A DNA stretch of 64,000 nucleotides from a virus: IMG/VR virus record IMGVR_UViG_3300028596_000009, positions 32,001 through 96,000 of that record; one strand, written 5' to 3'. Below are positions 1 to 12,165 of this stretch, piece by piece (position 1 is the first letter of the stretch; the number at the start of each line of letters is the position of its first letter). A program made the position numbers and the translations under genes. The notes under the pieces are model-generated. The model had not been told where the DNA came from, did not search any database, and was given only the letters and a program-made list of their open reading frames with translations.

Positions 1-661
1 CGTTCGAGGACATGGACTACAGCGCCCACCCGGCGCTCCAGGATCTGGGCCGGGGCACGATGCTCGCCGCTGGACGCCTGCTGTGGGAGAAGGACGTCAA
101 GCTGTCGTCGGACAACCTGAAGCGAGCTGTGCTGGCGTTCTACGGCTACCTGATGGACGAGAACACCTTCGCCTGCTCCGAGGACCAGAAGTTCATGGAT
201 GCAATCGACGTGCGCAAGTTCGGCGCCTTCCTGGTGGACGAGATCGCCAAGAAGGTCACCGACAACAAGATCCACGAGTTCCAGCAGCGCGGCTGGTACG
301 TCGTGAAGCTGCGCGCCAAGCACGCCGGAGTCGACGAGAACGACGAGGGCTACTACATCTTCACCGACGCGGCCATCGCCAAGTAACAGCACACCAACCG
401 GAAAGGGAAGACGCACATGCCGAAGATCGAGATCGAGGTTCTGTACACCCGTCTGGTGCGAGAGGAGGGGTCCGCCGTCATCACGGTGAACGTTCCGGCC
501 GCCATCGCGGACGACGAGAACGAGATCCAGGGATGGCTGGACGAACAGATTGAGGAGAACAAGATCGACGTGATGAAGGACATCTACAAGCACGGTGAAC
601 TGTCCGACGAGGACGAGCAGATCCAGGTCGACGAGGTGCATCTCACGGAGTAACGGTGGTG

Positions 662-711
662 GCCCAGCCCTTCGCAGGGGGTTTTGCGGGGTTCGAATCC
701 CCGTCTGGGCG
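662..711 (+). ncRNA. D-arm-less tRNA-like element
   Basis: GCCCAG (662-667) pairs with CTGGGC (705-710); T-arm GCGGGG-TTCGAAT-CCCCGT; small CCC-TTCGCAG-GGG hairpin; intergenic. Confidence 0.45.
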
Positions 712-2336
712 CGGAAAGGAGACGTCTCATGGATGAGAACGAAGAGATCACTCGGCGTCTGGGCAGGATCAAAGCAGAGAACGAGTGGATCCGGGCCAAC
801 CCGGAAAACCCTTCGTGCCGGGGCTGTAATCGCCGGGAGCTGGCCGACAAGCTCACCGGCGGGATCTGTGTTGAATGCCAGGACACGGTGAACTACCTGC
901 GCACCGGATGCCGGTTCGCGGAGACCTCCGGCTGCACGCATCCGGACTGCCAGATGCCGTTGGATCCGGACGAGTACCCGCTGGTCGAGATGTTCAACAG
1001 GGGTGAGATCCAGTGAGTGAGCTGTTCGTGGCCCAGATCGATGGAAACACGTTCCTCTCCCCGCAGGAGGTGGAGGAGTACTACGAAATGATGGCCGAAA
1101 GGGCTCAGGCAGAGGCCGAAGAAACCTACTAGGATCCACCTGGAAACCGGATAAGGAGAAGGACATGTTGAACATCAAGTTCCGCCAGGAGGGCGGCCCG
1201 GCGATGGATGTCTTCGTCGTCAAGAAGACGTACGACAGCATGGTGACCAGCGCCCTCACCACGAGCGGCTACATCCTGGAGATCGCCGAGGTCGAGAACC
1301 CGTGGCAGGCCGTCGCCGTCAGTACCCTGGACCGGGTGGACTCCAAGTCCGGCGACGGCATGATGCTCCTCGTCAGCCCGCAGCAGTTCGGTCCTGAGAG
1401 GCCGGTGGAGATGGTACTGAAGGCGATCAGCATCTACTCCCCGCAGGTGGCCAACGACACATGGCGGACGATGCACCGGCCGGTCCACCACGAGACGCAG
1501 GACCGCTGATGTTCCAGGTCCCCAAGTACCGGCCTGGAGGGTTCGAGATCGAAGTCTGGCCTCCCGAGGGAACTCAGGTTCCGATCCTTCCGCTCATGGC
1601 GGTCGGTCAGATGATCGCAGAAGCCACCCACTCGAAGCCCTTCCGGATCACCGAGGTCACTGTGCGAGAGCACCGTGCCCCCGACAGCGCACCGTTCAGC
1701 TTCTACTACTCGTACCTCTACGAGGTCGTCGAGGTGGATGACTGATGGGCATCTTCCGGGACCAGGCCCGCAACATCGCGACGTCGGCCGTCGTGTCGGC
1801 AACTCTGCCGGAAGAGATCAACCAGGCGAAGGACGTTGTCTGGGAAGCGTTGCCGGAGAACATGAAGGCCGCCGTCGCGGTCTCGTCGATAGCGGCCTCG
1901 ATCGCGTACGGGGCCATCAAGGAGAGAGGACAGGAGCAGGCATGAGCAGCACGGCCAAGAGCAACGAGCGACTGATGGCGTTCTTCAGCAACCTGGCGGC
2001 CACGCTGGAGCGGGAGGGCGGCATTTTCCAGGATGACAACCTGACCCCGGTCGAGGTGAAGTCGGCCGTCGGGTTCTTCCGGGCGCGGGCCCGTGAGCAC
2101 GAGCAGCGGATGCTCGAAGCGGAAGCCCGGGACCGGGTCAACCAGCAGAACAACGAGAACTGAAGGAGAAGGATCATGGGCGTCTTCAAGCGTGGCGGCG
2201 GTTCCAGCGGCTCCGGCAACAGCGGAACCTCGACGAACCGCGACCCGTACATCAGCGGCAACCGGGACGACTGGAACAACCGGCCGAAGTCCGACGGCGA
2301 GAACTTCAAGACGGACAAGAAGGACAAGGACAAAAA

Positions 2337-3188
2337 GTGACGCAGCGTCGGATCCTCTTCGCCGGAGACACCCACGGGAACTTCGGCCACATGCAGTTCC
2401 TGTTGAACGTCGCGGCGAAGGAGGATGCCGACGCGGTATTCGTCCTCGGTGACTTCGGCATCTGGGACCACGACGACCAGGGCTCCTTCACCGACGCGGT
2501 CAGCAAGTACAGCGTTCGAGCGGGCAAGCCGGTGTACTTCCTGCCGGGCAACCACGAGAACTACGACCTGCTGGAGCAGTGGGAGAAGGAGAACGACCGG
2601 GACGAGGACGGCTTCGTCATCGTCAAGCCGAACGTCCTGTACTCGCCTCGCGGCCACCGCTGGTCGTGGGGCGGGGTCCGGTTCATGTCGCTGGGCGGCG
2701 CGTACAGCGTCGATCTGGACGCACGGAAGAAGGAGGACGCGGCAACTCTGGAGGGCGCTCGGCGCAAGGTCGGCGTCGGGCACAGGGTAAATGCCAGGCA
2801 GCGCTACCTGCTGAAGTTCGGTCACTACCTGTGGTGGCCGCAGGAGGAGATCACCGAGGACGATCTGGTGCACGCACTGCGTCCGGGCGCGGTGGATGTG
2901 CTGCTGACGCACGACAAGCCGCGCGACTCCGACCCGGGCTGGAACAGGAAGGACTTGTTCCGGTGCCACCCGAACCAGGACAAGATCCAGAAGGTGGTCC
3001 ACGCCAAGCGGCCTCAGGTTCTGCTGCACGGTCACCTGCATCATCCGTACGAGCAGATGGTCGGTCAGACCTGGGTGCGTTCCCTGAACTGCGATCCCGA
3101 GGCTTCGCTGAAGTCGGGTGGTTCGGGTGACCGGCACAGCTCGTACACGGTGATGTCGTTCGAGAACGGCTCGGCCGACTTCGCGTGA
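2337..3188 (+). CDS. Calcineurin-like metallophosphoesterase
   Basis: Motifs GDTHG, LGDFG, PGNHE, THD, HGHLH. Confidence 0.9.
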   Translation: MTQRRILFAGDTHGNFGHMQFLLNVAAKEDADAVFVLGDFGIWDHDDQGSFTDAVSKYSVRAGKPVYFLPGNHENYDLLEQWEKENDRDEDGFVIVKPNVLYSPRGHRWSWGGVRFMSLGGAYSVDLDARKKEDAATLEGARRKVGVGHRVNARQRYLLKFGHYLWWPQEEITEDDLVHALRPGAVDVLLTHDKPRDSDPGWNRKDLFRCHPNQDKIQKVVHAKRPQVLLHGHLHHPYEQMVGQTWVRSLNCDPEASLKSGGSGDRHSSYTVMSFENGSADFA

Positions 3189-3198
3189 TCCGTACATG

Positions 3199-3226
3199 GG
3201 GCCGCCTGCCTTCGGGTGGGCGGCCC
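3199..3226 (+). terminator. GC hairpin with TTCG loop after the phosphoesterase
   Basis: GGGCCGCCTGCC-TTCG-GGTGGGCGGCCC. Confidence 0.55.
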
Positions 3227-3626
3227 TCGGCTTATCAGAAACGGTGCACACGTTCTCCACCGCTCAGCACCCGGACAGAAGAGGAGAGATGGAACTCAAG
3301 AAGTGGCTGGGGATCGGAAAGGCTTCCCCCGAAGAAGAACTGAAGTGGCCGCAGAGGCAGATCGAGGCCATTCGCCGTGATCCCAAGAAAATCGTGACCA
3401 TCTACAGGTGTGCGTCCATGAACGGGGCGATTCGCGAGGCGCAGAAGATCAACCTCGGACTGGAGTCGCTGTTCGATTCGTCGACCTTCTGGGCTGGGTA
3501 CCTGCGCGACGAGAAGGCCCGGGATTACGTGGTGGTCCTGGGGCTTCGCAGTCACCTGCCGGAGGGTTGGCGCAAGTTCGTCACCGGCGCCTGACCGGTT
3601 ATCAGAAACGGAAAAAGGAGAAGGAC

Positions 3627-4187
3627 ATGACCACGTTCAGCGCGAAGAACAAGCTGACCCGGTTGGAGCGCGTACCTGTGCCGATGGACCGCTGGCACAA
3701 GGACCACTGGTCGATGCTGGCCTACCTGGAGGTGGGTGAGGTCGACTACCACGGCATCGTCGACTGGGACCACGTGCGTGTCTCGGAGAAGAACTGGGGC
3801 GGCGTCTACAAGGCGCGCTCGGGATGGGCCAGGAGCAACTTCGACAAGGACGGCGCCGACTACGGGCTTCGGGTGCGTGGGGAGGGCAACTTGATCTTGC
3901 GTCAGATGGGCCACTGCGAGGTCGACGCCATCATGGACATGGTCGACGCCGGTCTGGTGGTCATCGAGCTGCCGAAGCTGGCCAAGAGCGGCGACTACTA
4001 CCTGAAGCCGAACGGTACGCCGCTCTCGCGGCCCGGAGACCCGGATCCGGCGGACGAGCCGGACGACATGGACTTGCTGCCGTACTCGGCGTTCCGTCTG
4101 ACCGAGCGGGGTCGCGAGATCGAGAACCGGCTCCGGAAGCACAAGGCGGACGGCCAGAACTACGGCACGTTCAAGCCGGAGGTCTGA
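3627..4187 (+). CDS. Hypothetical phage-type protein
   Basis: AAGGAGAAGGAC RBS, GC3-biased ORF. Confidence 0.7.
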   Translation: MTTFSAKNKLTRLERVPVPMDRWHKDHWSMLAYLEVGEVDYHGIVDWDHVRVSEKNWGGVYKARSGWARSNFDKDGADYGLRVRGEGNLILRQMGHCEVDAIMDMVDAGLVVIELPKLAKSGDYYLKPNGTPLSRPGDPDPADEPDDMDLLPYSAFRLTERGREIENRLRKHKADGQNYGTFKPEV

Positions 4188-7100
4188 CGGTGAGGAAGTT
4201 TCAGACCGTGAGCGACCCGAGACTGGGTGCCGACTGGGTTCTCCGGCGGCGCCGGATGATGCTGGCGGAAATGCGGCCGGTCATCGATAACGAGTCGATG
4301 GGGCCGGTCCCTGATTCTCCGGCCCGGTTCGACTTCTTCTGTGATCTGCGGACGGCTGCCGGTGTGCACATGGGTCCCCTCGGCAGCGCGTACGGGGAGG
4401 ACGACGAGGCGCCGGAGAACGGCGAGATCGTGAAGGTGAACGGGATCCCTGTCCGCGTGCTGAAGGTGACGACGCTGATGCGGAGCGACTACAGGCTCGT
4501 CCGCTACGAGATCGAGATCGAGAGGGCTACGGCATGAGCGAGGCCGAGGAGAAGTTCAACGAGGAGTTCGCCCTCGTGGCGGGTTCGATCTTCGAGGACA
4601 CGATCGTGAGCCTGGAGGATGCCGAGGAGTCCGTGCGGGACCTGCTGCGGGCGCACGCCGCACTGCTGGCGGAGAGGATCCTGGCCAACACCCAGCACAT
4701 CCGCTACGGGTGTGCCACGGACTACGCCGAGCGCTACTCGAAGTTGATCACGAAGGAGGGAGAGGAATCGTGACCCGGCGCGAGGAGGTGATCCAGGGCC
4801 TGATGAAGGGCGAGATGTCCCGGGAGGAGGCGAGCAAGCTGGTGAAGGAGCTGTGCGAGGAGTACCGCTCCGAGGGGTGGAGTGAGGGCTACGACGAGGG
4901 CTACAGGCAGGCTGAGCGCGACGCCGAGTGAGATTCATGACGAGAGGAGAGCTGTGAACAAGGTGACGATCCCCGAGGGGGTCGAGGGGTTCTCCCTGGC
5001 GCAGGAGGAGGGCCAGCATTTCGTGTTCCTGGCCTCTGCGGAGGACGGAAACTACGTCATCGTCTGTGCCGATTCTGACGGATTCGTCCTGATGCGGTAC
5101 GCGGTAAGGCGCAGCGGTTCGGTGTGCGTCACCCAGTCCCTGGAACTCAGCTCGGACGACTTCTCCGAGGTGTTCGGCCGGATGCTGGACCTGGACGCGA
5201 AGGTTTCGGAGAGGGGAAGCAAGCATGCGTAAGGTGGCAATCCCGAAGGGCGCCGAGTGGATCGGCCTGGAGGGTATGGCGGGCCGGTTCTACCCGATCG
5301 CCCTGGCGGGCTCGGTGGTTCTGGTGGACGACTTCGGCTCGGTGTGGGCAGAGCTGTTCCACACGGATCGAACGAACCTGCTGTTCCGCACGTTCCAGCC
5401 CATGAGTGACGCGAACGTGAAGTCGGCGTTCTCGTACCTGATGGAGGACGCCAGGTAGGGGCCCCTTCCCGGGTCCTCCGGCCCTGCTGTACAGTCCAGC
5501 TCACAAGACCCGTCCGGCCTCTGCGTGCATGCTGCCGGGTTATGGATGACCGAAGGTCCACTGGTGCTCAGGCCGGTGGGCCTTCGTCATTTCCTGGTTC
5601 AGAGTACCCGCCAGCGGGTATTGAGTTTCCTTTCGACCGTCCCTGCTGTGACATTTTTACGCTTTAGAAAAGAGGCAGAAACTAGGCCCCGAATCAGTCA
5701 GGAGAATCTTGGTGCGTTTCATTCACTTAGCCCAGTGTGCGGCCTTCTCACTGTTTGCTCTGGTCACCACCTTCGCCCTCGGGTATGCCCTCAGCAGGGA
5801 TCTTGTCCCATCGGTGATCGTTGCAGTTGCATGCTCGGCCATCACCCTCCTCTACACGGGCACGGTGTACTGTTGGCTTTACCGCCGCACGCGTGCTGGA
5901 ATCCACCGGAAGTCACGGTAAGATCTTTGCGTTAACGTGGTGGGAAACACCATTGATGATGCAGAGAAAGGGGACACACTGTGGCCCGAGTACGTGATGT
6001 TGTTGTGCGTGACGCCCCCGATGGTCCCCCCGGACAGGGTGTGTACACGACCAAGCTCCAGGCGCTGGCCGTGGATCCGACCAAGACGGTGGTCGACGCA
6101 CGGTTCGACACCCTCAAGGCCGTCGAGGACGCCGCATTCCGCGTGAACAGCGGACAGCGGAAGGACTGGCCGAACGACAAGTACTACGCCGCGTTCGACT
6201 ACGACATCGCCGACGAGTCGATCGAGGGCAGCAGCGCCGGGAAGTGGCTGCTTCTGATCGGTCTGAGGGAGCACGCCCCGGTCGGCTGGCAGCCGGTGAT
6301 CAATGCCCCCGGCAGCCGCAAGCGGCGGAAGTCGGCCAAGGCGGAGACAGAGATCGAGCAGAGCGTCGAGCAGGACGCCGACGAGCAGTCCGAGGCGGAG
6401 AACGCCGCCTTTTTCCAGGAGCCGACGGAGTAGAACCTCTGGTTCACCTTGCGGTAGCCGCAGAGCCCATCCTCACGGAAAATGAGGGTGGGCTTTGTCG
6501 TTGCCATCGTCTAGTTGACGGAGATCGAATCGTTCTGACGTGCGTGTTCGCCCTGTCACGCTACGTGAAGTCACCTTGCGGACCTGCGAGTTGACCAAGG
6601 AAAGACTCAACTTCCCTACCGGTTTCCGAGTTCTACTCCCAAGGTGATTCGATGGAACCTGGCACACGAGGGACGTACCCGTGGCACATGCGGTACCTTC
6701 GGCTTGCCGACACAAAAACGATCCTCCCGGTCGGGGGGTTTCCGGTCACACGGGGAATGAGTCTCACCGGGTCAGCGCAGGGGAGTGGGGATGGCAAGAC
6801 CTTCGGGGCCGCTGAGGAGATACAGCGTCTACTGTGTGTGGCCGGTGCATCCCGGCCAGTGGAGGCTGACGGTCGACATGATCGACGGACCTACGGCAAG
6901 AGAGAGTGCGGCGGCACTGCGGAGGATGAACTACCCGGTACGGGTTGTCACGATTCTGCTCCGCCCCACCACTGCCCGGACTCTCGAAGCACGTTTCCTG
7001 GCCGCCGAATGGGACAGATACGGCAGGGTGGTCTACCGCTACGACGGCGAATACGCCAAGTACGTGGCACCGTGGGCTCTGGGGGAAGAGCCCCTGGAAA

Positions 7101-7287
7101 AGGAGAAGGCCGGTGGAGCAGCAGGAAGGATCGTTCGACGACCTCGTGAGCCTGGTGGAATCGCTGCCCGACAGAAGCGATGACGTGATGTGGCCGGTGC
7201 TCGACGACTACGACTACGAAGAGCGCGACTGAACATCAGGGACCGGTCCTTCGGGGCCGGTTCCGCTTTATCGTGAGGGAACAGACG

Positions 7288-7746
7288 ATGTCAGGAGCCC
7301 TCATGGCCAGCACTTTCCAGCTCATCGGCAACTACCTGAAGCCGGACGGTTCTCCGCACAGCGGTTTCATCACCATCACCCCCGAGCCGGTCTCCGTGCA
7401 GGACTCCGGTGTGGGCGGCGTGGTCACTCTCCAGACGACGCGCATTGAACTCGACAGCGAGGGCGGCGTGTACGTCGATCTCCTCGACCCGAACGACCCG
7501 GGCCTGACGCCCGGCGGCGCGTCCGGCAATCCGTGGTCCTACTGCATCCGCGAGTCGCTTCAGGGATCGGCGGTCATCGGCTGGTGGCTGCGTCCGCAGA
7601 ACATCACGCCCGTCACCGATCTCGCCACGGTGGAAAGGTCGGATCTGACGGTGGTCCGCCCGGCGGACTGGTTCCCGCACCACTGGATCGACTCCGCCGC
7701 ACAGGCCGGACGCATCTCGCCGACGATCGGTTTCCTCAATTCCTGA
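7288..7746 (+). CDS. Possible virion/tail-accessory protein
   Basis: GNYLKPDGSPHSGFITITP...LDSEGGVYVDL pattern resembles N-terminal domains of actinophage tail-associated proteins (recognised from memory). Confidence 0.4.
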   Translation: MSGALMASTFQLIGNYLKPDGSPHSGFITITPEPVSVQDSGVGGVVTLQTTRIELDSEGGVYVDLLDPNDPGLTPGGASGNPWSYCIRESLQGSAVIGWWLRPQNITPVTDLATVERSDLTVVRPADWFPHHWIDSAAQAGRISPTIGFLNS

Positions 7747-7867
7747 GAAGCGGAAGGGGAACACGACCGACTCCCTCTGAAGCCGTGTTCCCCTCCTATC
7801 GCTTCGAGCTGCCTGAGCGATGGGACGATTGGATCATCTGGAATCGCTTAAGGCAAAGGAGTGCACG

Positions 7868-8377
7868 GTGACGTCCTACCCGAATGTGTGCGGTGGCTAC
7901 GGAATTCCCGGACCGCCTGGACCGCCCGGCGCTCCACTCGCCGCGACCGGCGCCGCCCTGTATCTGACCTCTCCGGTGTCCGGCATCACGACCGGTGTGC
8001 CGACACTCCTGTCCCCGATCGCGGTGGAGTACGAGCACGGCGTGGTGGACACAGAGACGTCGCCGCTCGCTGTGCTGCTCTCCATCCCGGGCCTGTACCT
8101 CGTGGAGGCGAGGGTGGTGTGGACCGAAGATCCCGGCGAGGTCGCCGAGGGCACGGTGCGGACGATGACGGTCAGCCTGCCCGACGGCGTGGTGCCGACA
8201 CTGACCCGTTCCTCCGGAGGTTCGACCACGACGCAGAGCTTCACGCGGGTGATCGAGGTTCTCTCGCCCGGCGCCGTCGGCATGCTGTCGGTTTCGCACA
8301 TGTCGGCCGAGACGCTGTCGGTGGCCTCGGCCCGGTTCAGCGTGACTCTGCTCGGTGAGGTGGAAGGGCCGTCCTGA
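7868..8377 (+). CDS. Short collagen-like stretch plus beta-rich (C1q/TNF-like) domain protein
   Basis: GIPGPPGPPGAP followed by a beta-strand-rich domain (IPGLYLVEARV). Confidence 0.45.
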   Translation: MTSYPNVCGGYGIPGPPGPPGAPLAATGAALYLTSPVSGITTGVPTLLSPIAVEYEHGVVDTETSPLAVLLSIPGLYLVEARVVWTEDPGEVAEGTVRTMTVSLPDGVVPTLTRSSGGSTTTQSFTRVIEVLSPGAVGMLSVSHMSAETLSVASARFSVTLLGEVEGPS

Positions 8378-8494
8378 CCAGCATGTTCTGATCCGTCAAC
8401 AGCCCTCGTTTCCGGGGGCTGTTCTGCTTCCTAGGGGCGTTGTCAGTGGCGGGTGAGAGAGTGGAACCACTGCCTGAGGGAAGGGGAAAACACC

Positions 8495-9556
8495 ATGGCG
8501 GGGAACCAGAACTACATCAACCACGTCGCGCTCGTCCTCGACGCCAGCATCTCGATGGCGCACCTGAGCCGGAAGGTGATCGAGGTCGCCGACCAGCAGA
8601 TCACGTACCTGGCCCGCCGTTCCCAGGAGCTGGACCAGGAGACCCGGGTCACCGTGTACGTCTTCGACGACGAGGTGCAGTGCGTGGTCTACGACAAGGA
8701 CGTGCTGCGGATGCCGTCCATCGCCACCCTGTACCGGCCGAGGGGGAACACCGCTCTGCTCGCCGCCACCCTGAAGTCGCAGGCGGAGCTGGCGGAGACG
8801 GCGCAGCGGTACGGTGACCACTCGTTCCTCACCTTCGTCCTGACCGACGGCCAGGAGAACAGCTCCCACCGCGCCGAGGGCTACCGTCACCTCATGCAGC
8901 ACCAGCTCCGGGCGGAGGTGGCGCAGATGATCCAGACGCAGGACGACAACTGGACGCTGGCCGTTCTCGTGCCGGACCAGATGGGCAAGCGTGAGGCCAT
9001 GCAGTGCGGCTTCCCGAAGGACAACATCGCCATCTGGGATGCGACCTCGACGCGCGGCATGGAGGAGGCCGGGGAGGTCATCAAGCAGGCCACCGAGAAC
9101 TTCATGCAGGCGCGCACGCGCGGCATCCGGGGCACGAAGTCGGTGTTCTCCAACGGCGCTGAGGCCGTCAACGCGAAGACGATCCAGTCGGCCGGTCTGA
9201 AGGCCGTGGACCCGAAGTCGTTCATGCTGGTGCACGCCACGAACGACGGCGTGATGCGCAACCCGGCGATCCGCGAGTGGGTCATGAACGAGGCCGGGCA
9301 CACGTACCGGACGGGGATGGCCTACTACGAGCTGACGAAGTCGGAGAAGATCCAGCCGCAGAAGTCGGTGATGGTGATGGACAAGAAGACGAAGAAGGTC
9401 TACGGCGGCGAGGAGGCCCGAAACCTGCTGGGCCTGCCGGACATGGAGGTCCGCGTGAAGCCGGACTTCAACCCGGACTTCAAGATCTTCGTGCAGTCCA
9501 CTTCCACGAACCGGAAGCTGGTGGGCAACACTCAGGTTCTGCTCATGACTCGATGA
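8495..9556 (+). CDS. von Willebrand factor A domain protein
   Basis: MIDAS motif VLDASISM, G-T(A)L, LTDGQENSS. Confidence 0.85.
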   Translation: MAGNQNYINHVALVLDASISMAHLSRKVIEVADQQITYLARRSQELDQETRVTVYVFDDEVQCVVYDKDVLRMPSIATLYRPRGNTALLAATLKSQAELAETAQRYGDHSFLTFVLTDGQENSSHRAEGYRHLMQHQLRAEVAQMIQTQDDNWTLAVLVPDQMGKREAMQCGFPKDNIAIWDATSTRGMEEAGEVIKQATENFMQARTRGIRGTKSVFSNGAEAVNAKTIQSAGLKAVDPKSFMLVHATNDGVMRNPAIREWVMNEAGHTYRTGMAYYELTKSEKIQPQKSVMVMDKKTKKVYGGEEARNLLGLPDMEVRVKPDFNPDFKIFVQSTSTNRKLVGNTQVLLMTR

Positions 9557-9581
9557 GCAGTTGCATGGAAAGGAGAGAAAG

Positions 9582-9860
9582 ATGCAGGACGCCGAGGCGA
9601 GGGTTCGCAAGGCTCTGAAGGTGCTGATGGAGGACGGCTCGATCGATGGCGCACACCACAAGATGTGGGTGATCGACCAGGCGGTTCGTGCACTGACCGG
9701 ATGCCCGGAGGAGATCGTGAAGGTCATGACGAGTGCCGGTACGGAGCGTACGTACGAGGAGCTGGGTGAGTCCGAGGAGTACCGGCTTCTGATCGCCGAC
9801 TTCTGCAACGGTGAGGAAGGGCCGGAGACGTACACGTGGGACACCGGCATCGAGCCGTGA
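9582..9860 (+). CDS. Conserved phage hypothetical protein
   Basis: IDGAHHKMWVIDQ...WDTGIEP signature, RBS. Confidence 0.65.
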   Translation: MQDAEARVRKALKVLMEDGSIDGAHHKMWVIDQAVRALTGCPEEIVKVMTSAGTERTYEELGESEEYRLLIADFCNGEEGPETYTWDTGIEP

Positions 9861-10409
9861 ACACCTCGGAAAGGGGAAGGAAATGATCCACCCGGCGAAC
9901 AGGATGCTGTCGACGAGCAGGTCTCTCGACATGGAGGAGAAGGTCGAAAGCCTTGAGAATGAACAGGAACGGCTGAAGGTCCTGACGGAACCGGTCAGGG
10001 CGATCGTCGAGATCCCCATGGAGAATCTTCCCGACAGTGACAGCCGGTGGGACAAGGTCTCCGAGGCTTCGGCCTGTCTGGGTATGATCGCTGACGAGCT
10101 TCGCGGGAGGCACGATCACACCATCAAGGGCTTCTACACCCTCGGCAGGGTGACCATCTCGCATGAGCTGTGGGCGCTGGCTCTCGACGGAGCGGACGCG
10201 CTGATCAAGGCGCACAACCATCCGGACATCTCGGCGGGATGGAGCCTGGAGAAGCAGCACAAAGAGCATCTGGGAGAGGTGAGGCGCACGCGGCGACAGA
10301 TCCTCTCCAGGGAGCCGGTAACCAGGTAGCCTGAGTCTGCGCGACCAACGCACTGGCACTCATGCCACGCTAAGGGGCCTCCACGACGGTGGGGGCCCTT
10401 TTTCGGTTG

Positions 10410-10871
10410 TCACTTCGTGGTCGCCGTGACATCCATGTCGGGGTACCTGGACTTCACCTTACGAACGAGCTGGACGTACTTCTCTCGCGGAAGGAACTGC
10501 TGACCACGAGAGAGGGCAGATCTGGCGCGGGCAGGCGTATCGATCGGGTAAGAGCGATCCTCAGGGAAGGCGAACTTGGTGGACGACAGGGCGTTGCGGC
10601 GCTTGGCGTTGAGAGGCGCCTCGCACATCTCGCTGTCCCAGTCGTCCCAGTCGTTGTCCATGCTGTGACCGCCCATGTGCCGGTCGTCGCGGGGCGCGAA
10701 GTACTGGAGCAGGAAGGCGAGGTCGTCCGAGCTGATGGACTCGGTGATGTTGGAGTTGACCGCCTCGCGGGGGCGGATCTGCGGATCGGTGACAGGCTGC
10801 GGCGCTCGCTGCGGAGGTGCCGTACGGGCCTTCGCCATGTAGGCGAGTGACTGTGCGTCGTATCCGTTCAT
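10410..10871 (-). CDS. DUF6582-like protein
   Basis: C-terminal FAFPEDRSYPIDTPARARSALSR motif. Confidence 0.55.
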   Translation of the reverse strand: MNGYDAQSLAYMAKARTAPPQRAPQPVTDPQIRPREAVNSNITESISSDDLAFLLQYFAPRDDRHMGGHSMDNDWDDWDSEMCEAPLNAKRRNALSSTKFAFPEDRSYPIDTPARARSALSRGQQFLPREKYVQLVRKVKSRYPDMDVTATTK

Positions 10872-10906
10872 GTCCCAAAGGTAAGGCTCTGGAATACGAT
10901 ACGGCT

Positions 10907-11617
10907 ATGGCCGATTTCATCATGATCATCCCCACCAGGGGACGCCCGCACGCTGTCCGTCAGCTCGCCGAGGCTTTCTCCCTGGCGTGCACCGCTGACA
11001 CCTGTCTTCTCATAGCCGTGGACAGCGACGATCCCGAACTTCCCGCCTATGAAGAGGCGGTGGTTTCCTCCCGCGAGGTGTTCGCCGGAATCGACCTGAC
11101 CGTGCGCCCGACGCCCGGCAACATGGCGACCGCGCTGAACATGGCGGTCGAGGTGGCGCTCAACGACTATCCGGACGCCAAGGCGTTCGGCTTCATGGGC
11201 GACGACCACCGCCCGAGGACGACTTCATGGGACGCGCGTTATCTGGAGACGCTGGTCGGCACTCCCGGAATCGTGTACGGAAACGACCTGATTCACGGAG
11301 TGAATCTGCCGACGCAGTTCGCGGTTTCCGGCGAGGTCGTCCGAGCGCTGAAGTTCATGTCCCCGGCGGGGCTGCGGCACATGTACATCGACAACTACTG
11401 GCGGGACATCGGACGCCTGACGAAGAGCCTGACGTACGTCTCGGACGTGGTGGTCGAGCACATGCACCCGGTGGCCTCGAAGTCGGAGTACGACGAGGGC
11501 TACGAGCGGGTGAACGCGCCGGAGGTCTTCGCGCACGACGCGGCGGTGTACGAGAAGTACATGAAGGAGCGGTCCGACGCCGATGTGGCGACGATCCTGA
11601 CGGCGATCGGCCGGTGA
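10907..11617 (+). CDS. Glycosyltransferase, GT-A fold (GT2-like)
   Basis: IIPTRGRP N-terminus, VDSDDP, FMGDDH, YIDN, VEHMHP. Confidence 0.85.
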   Translation: MADFIMIIPTRGRPHAVRQLAEAFSLACTADTCLLIAVDSDDPELPAYEEAVVSSREVFAGIDLTVRPTPGNMATALNMAVEVALNDYPDAKAFGFMGDDHRPRTTSWDARYLETLVGTPGIVYGNDLIHGVNLPTQFAVSGEVVRALKFMSPAGLRHMYIDNYWRDIGRLTKSLTYVSDVVVEHMHPVASKSEYDEGYERVNAPEVFAHDAAVYEKYMKERSDADVATILTAIGR

Positions 11618-12165
11618 TCAGGCTTCGGCCGAGGTGGTCGGACGAGGATCTGAAGAGGATCTACGCCCGGCCGCACGACCACCGGAAGTGGCGTGACCAT
11701 CATCTGCGGATCGGCGTGACGACGGCAGTCGGCGTATGGATGGCGGATCAGGGTCTCGGATCGGCGGCCGACCTGTCGTGCGGGAACGGCGCCGTGCTGA
11801 ACGCGGTGAAGTCGACAACGAAGTTCTACGGCGACTACGCGCCGGGGCACAGGTACACGGGCCCGATCGAGCAGACGGTGGAGCAGATCCCGCATGTGGA
11901 CCTGTTCATCTGCTGCGAGACGCTGGAGCACCTGGACGATCCCCTGTCGGTACTGGAGCAGATCCGGGCGAAGGCTTCGATGATCCTTCTGTCGACGCCG
12001 GTGGACAATTGGGGCGACACAAACGAAGAGCACTACTGGTCCTGGTCGAAGAGCGACGTAGACGGACTGCTTACGAAGGCCGGGTTCCGGCACTGGCTGT
12101 ACACCGAAGTGGATCCGCGCCCGAGCGAGGGCCCCTACAAGTACGGAATATGGGGTTGGCGATGA
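11614..12165 (+). CDS. Class I SAM-dependent methyltransferase
   Basis: ADLSCGNG, ETLEHLDDP, LSTP. Confidence 0.8.
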   Translation: MIRLRPRWSDEDLKRIYARPHDHRKWRDHHLRIGVTTAVGVWMADQGLGSAADLSCGNGAVLNAVKSTTKFYGDYAPGHRYTGPIEQTVEQIPHVDLFICCETLEHLDDPLSVLEQIRAKASMILLSTPVDNWGDTNEEHYWSWSKSDVDGLLTKAGFRHWLYTEVDPRPSEGPYKYGIWGWR

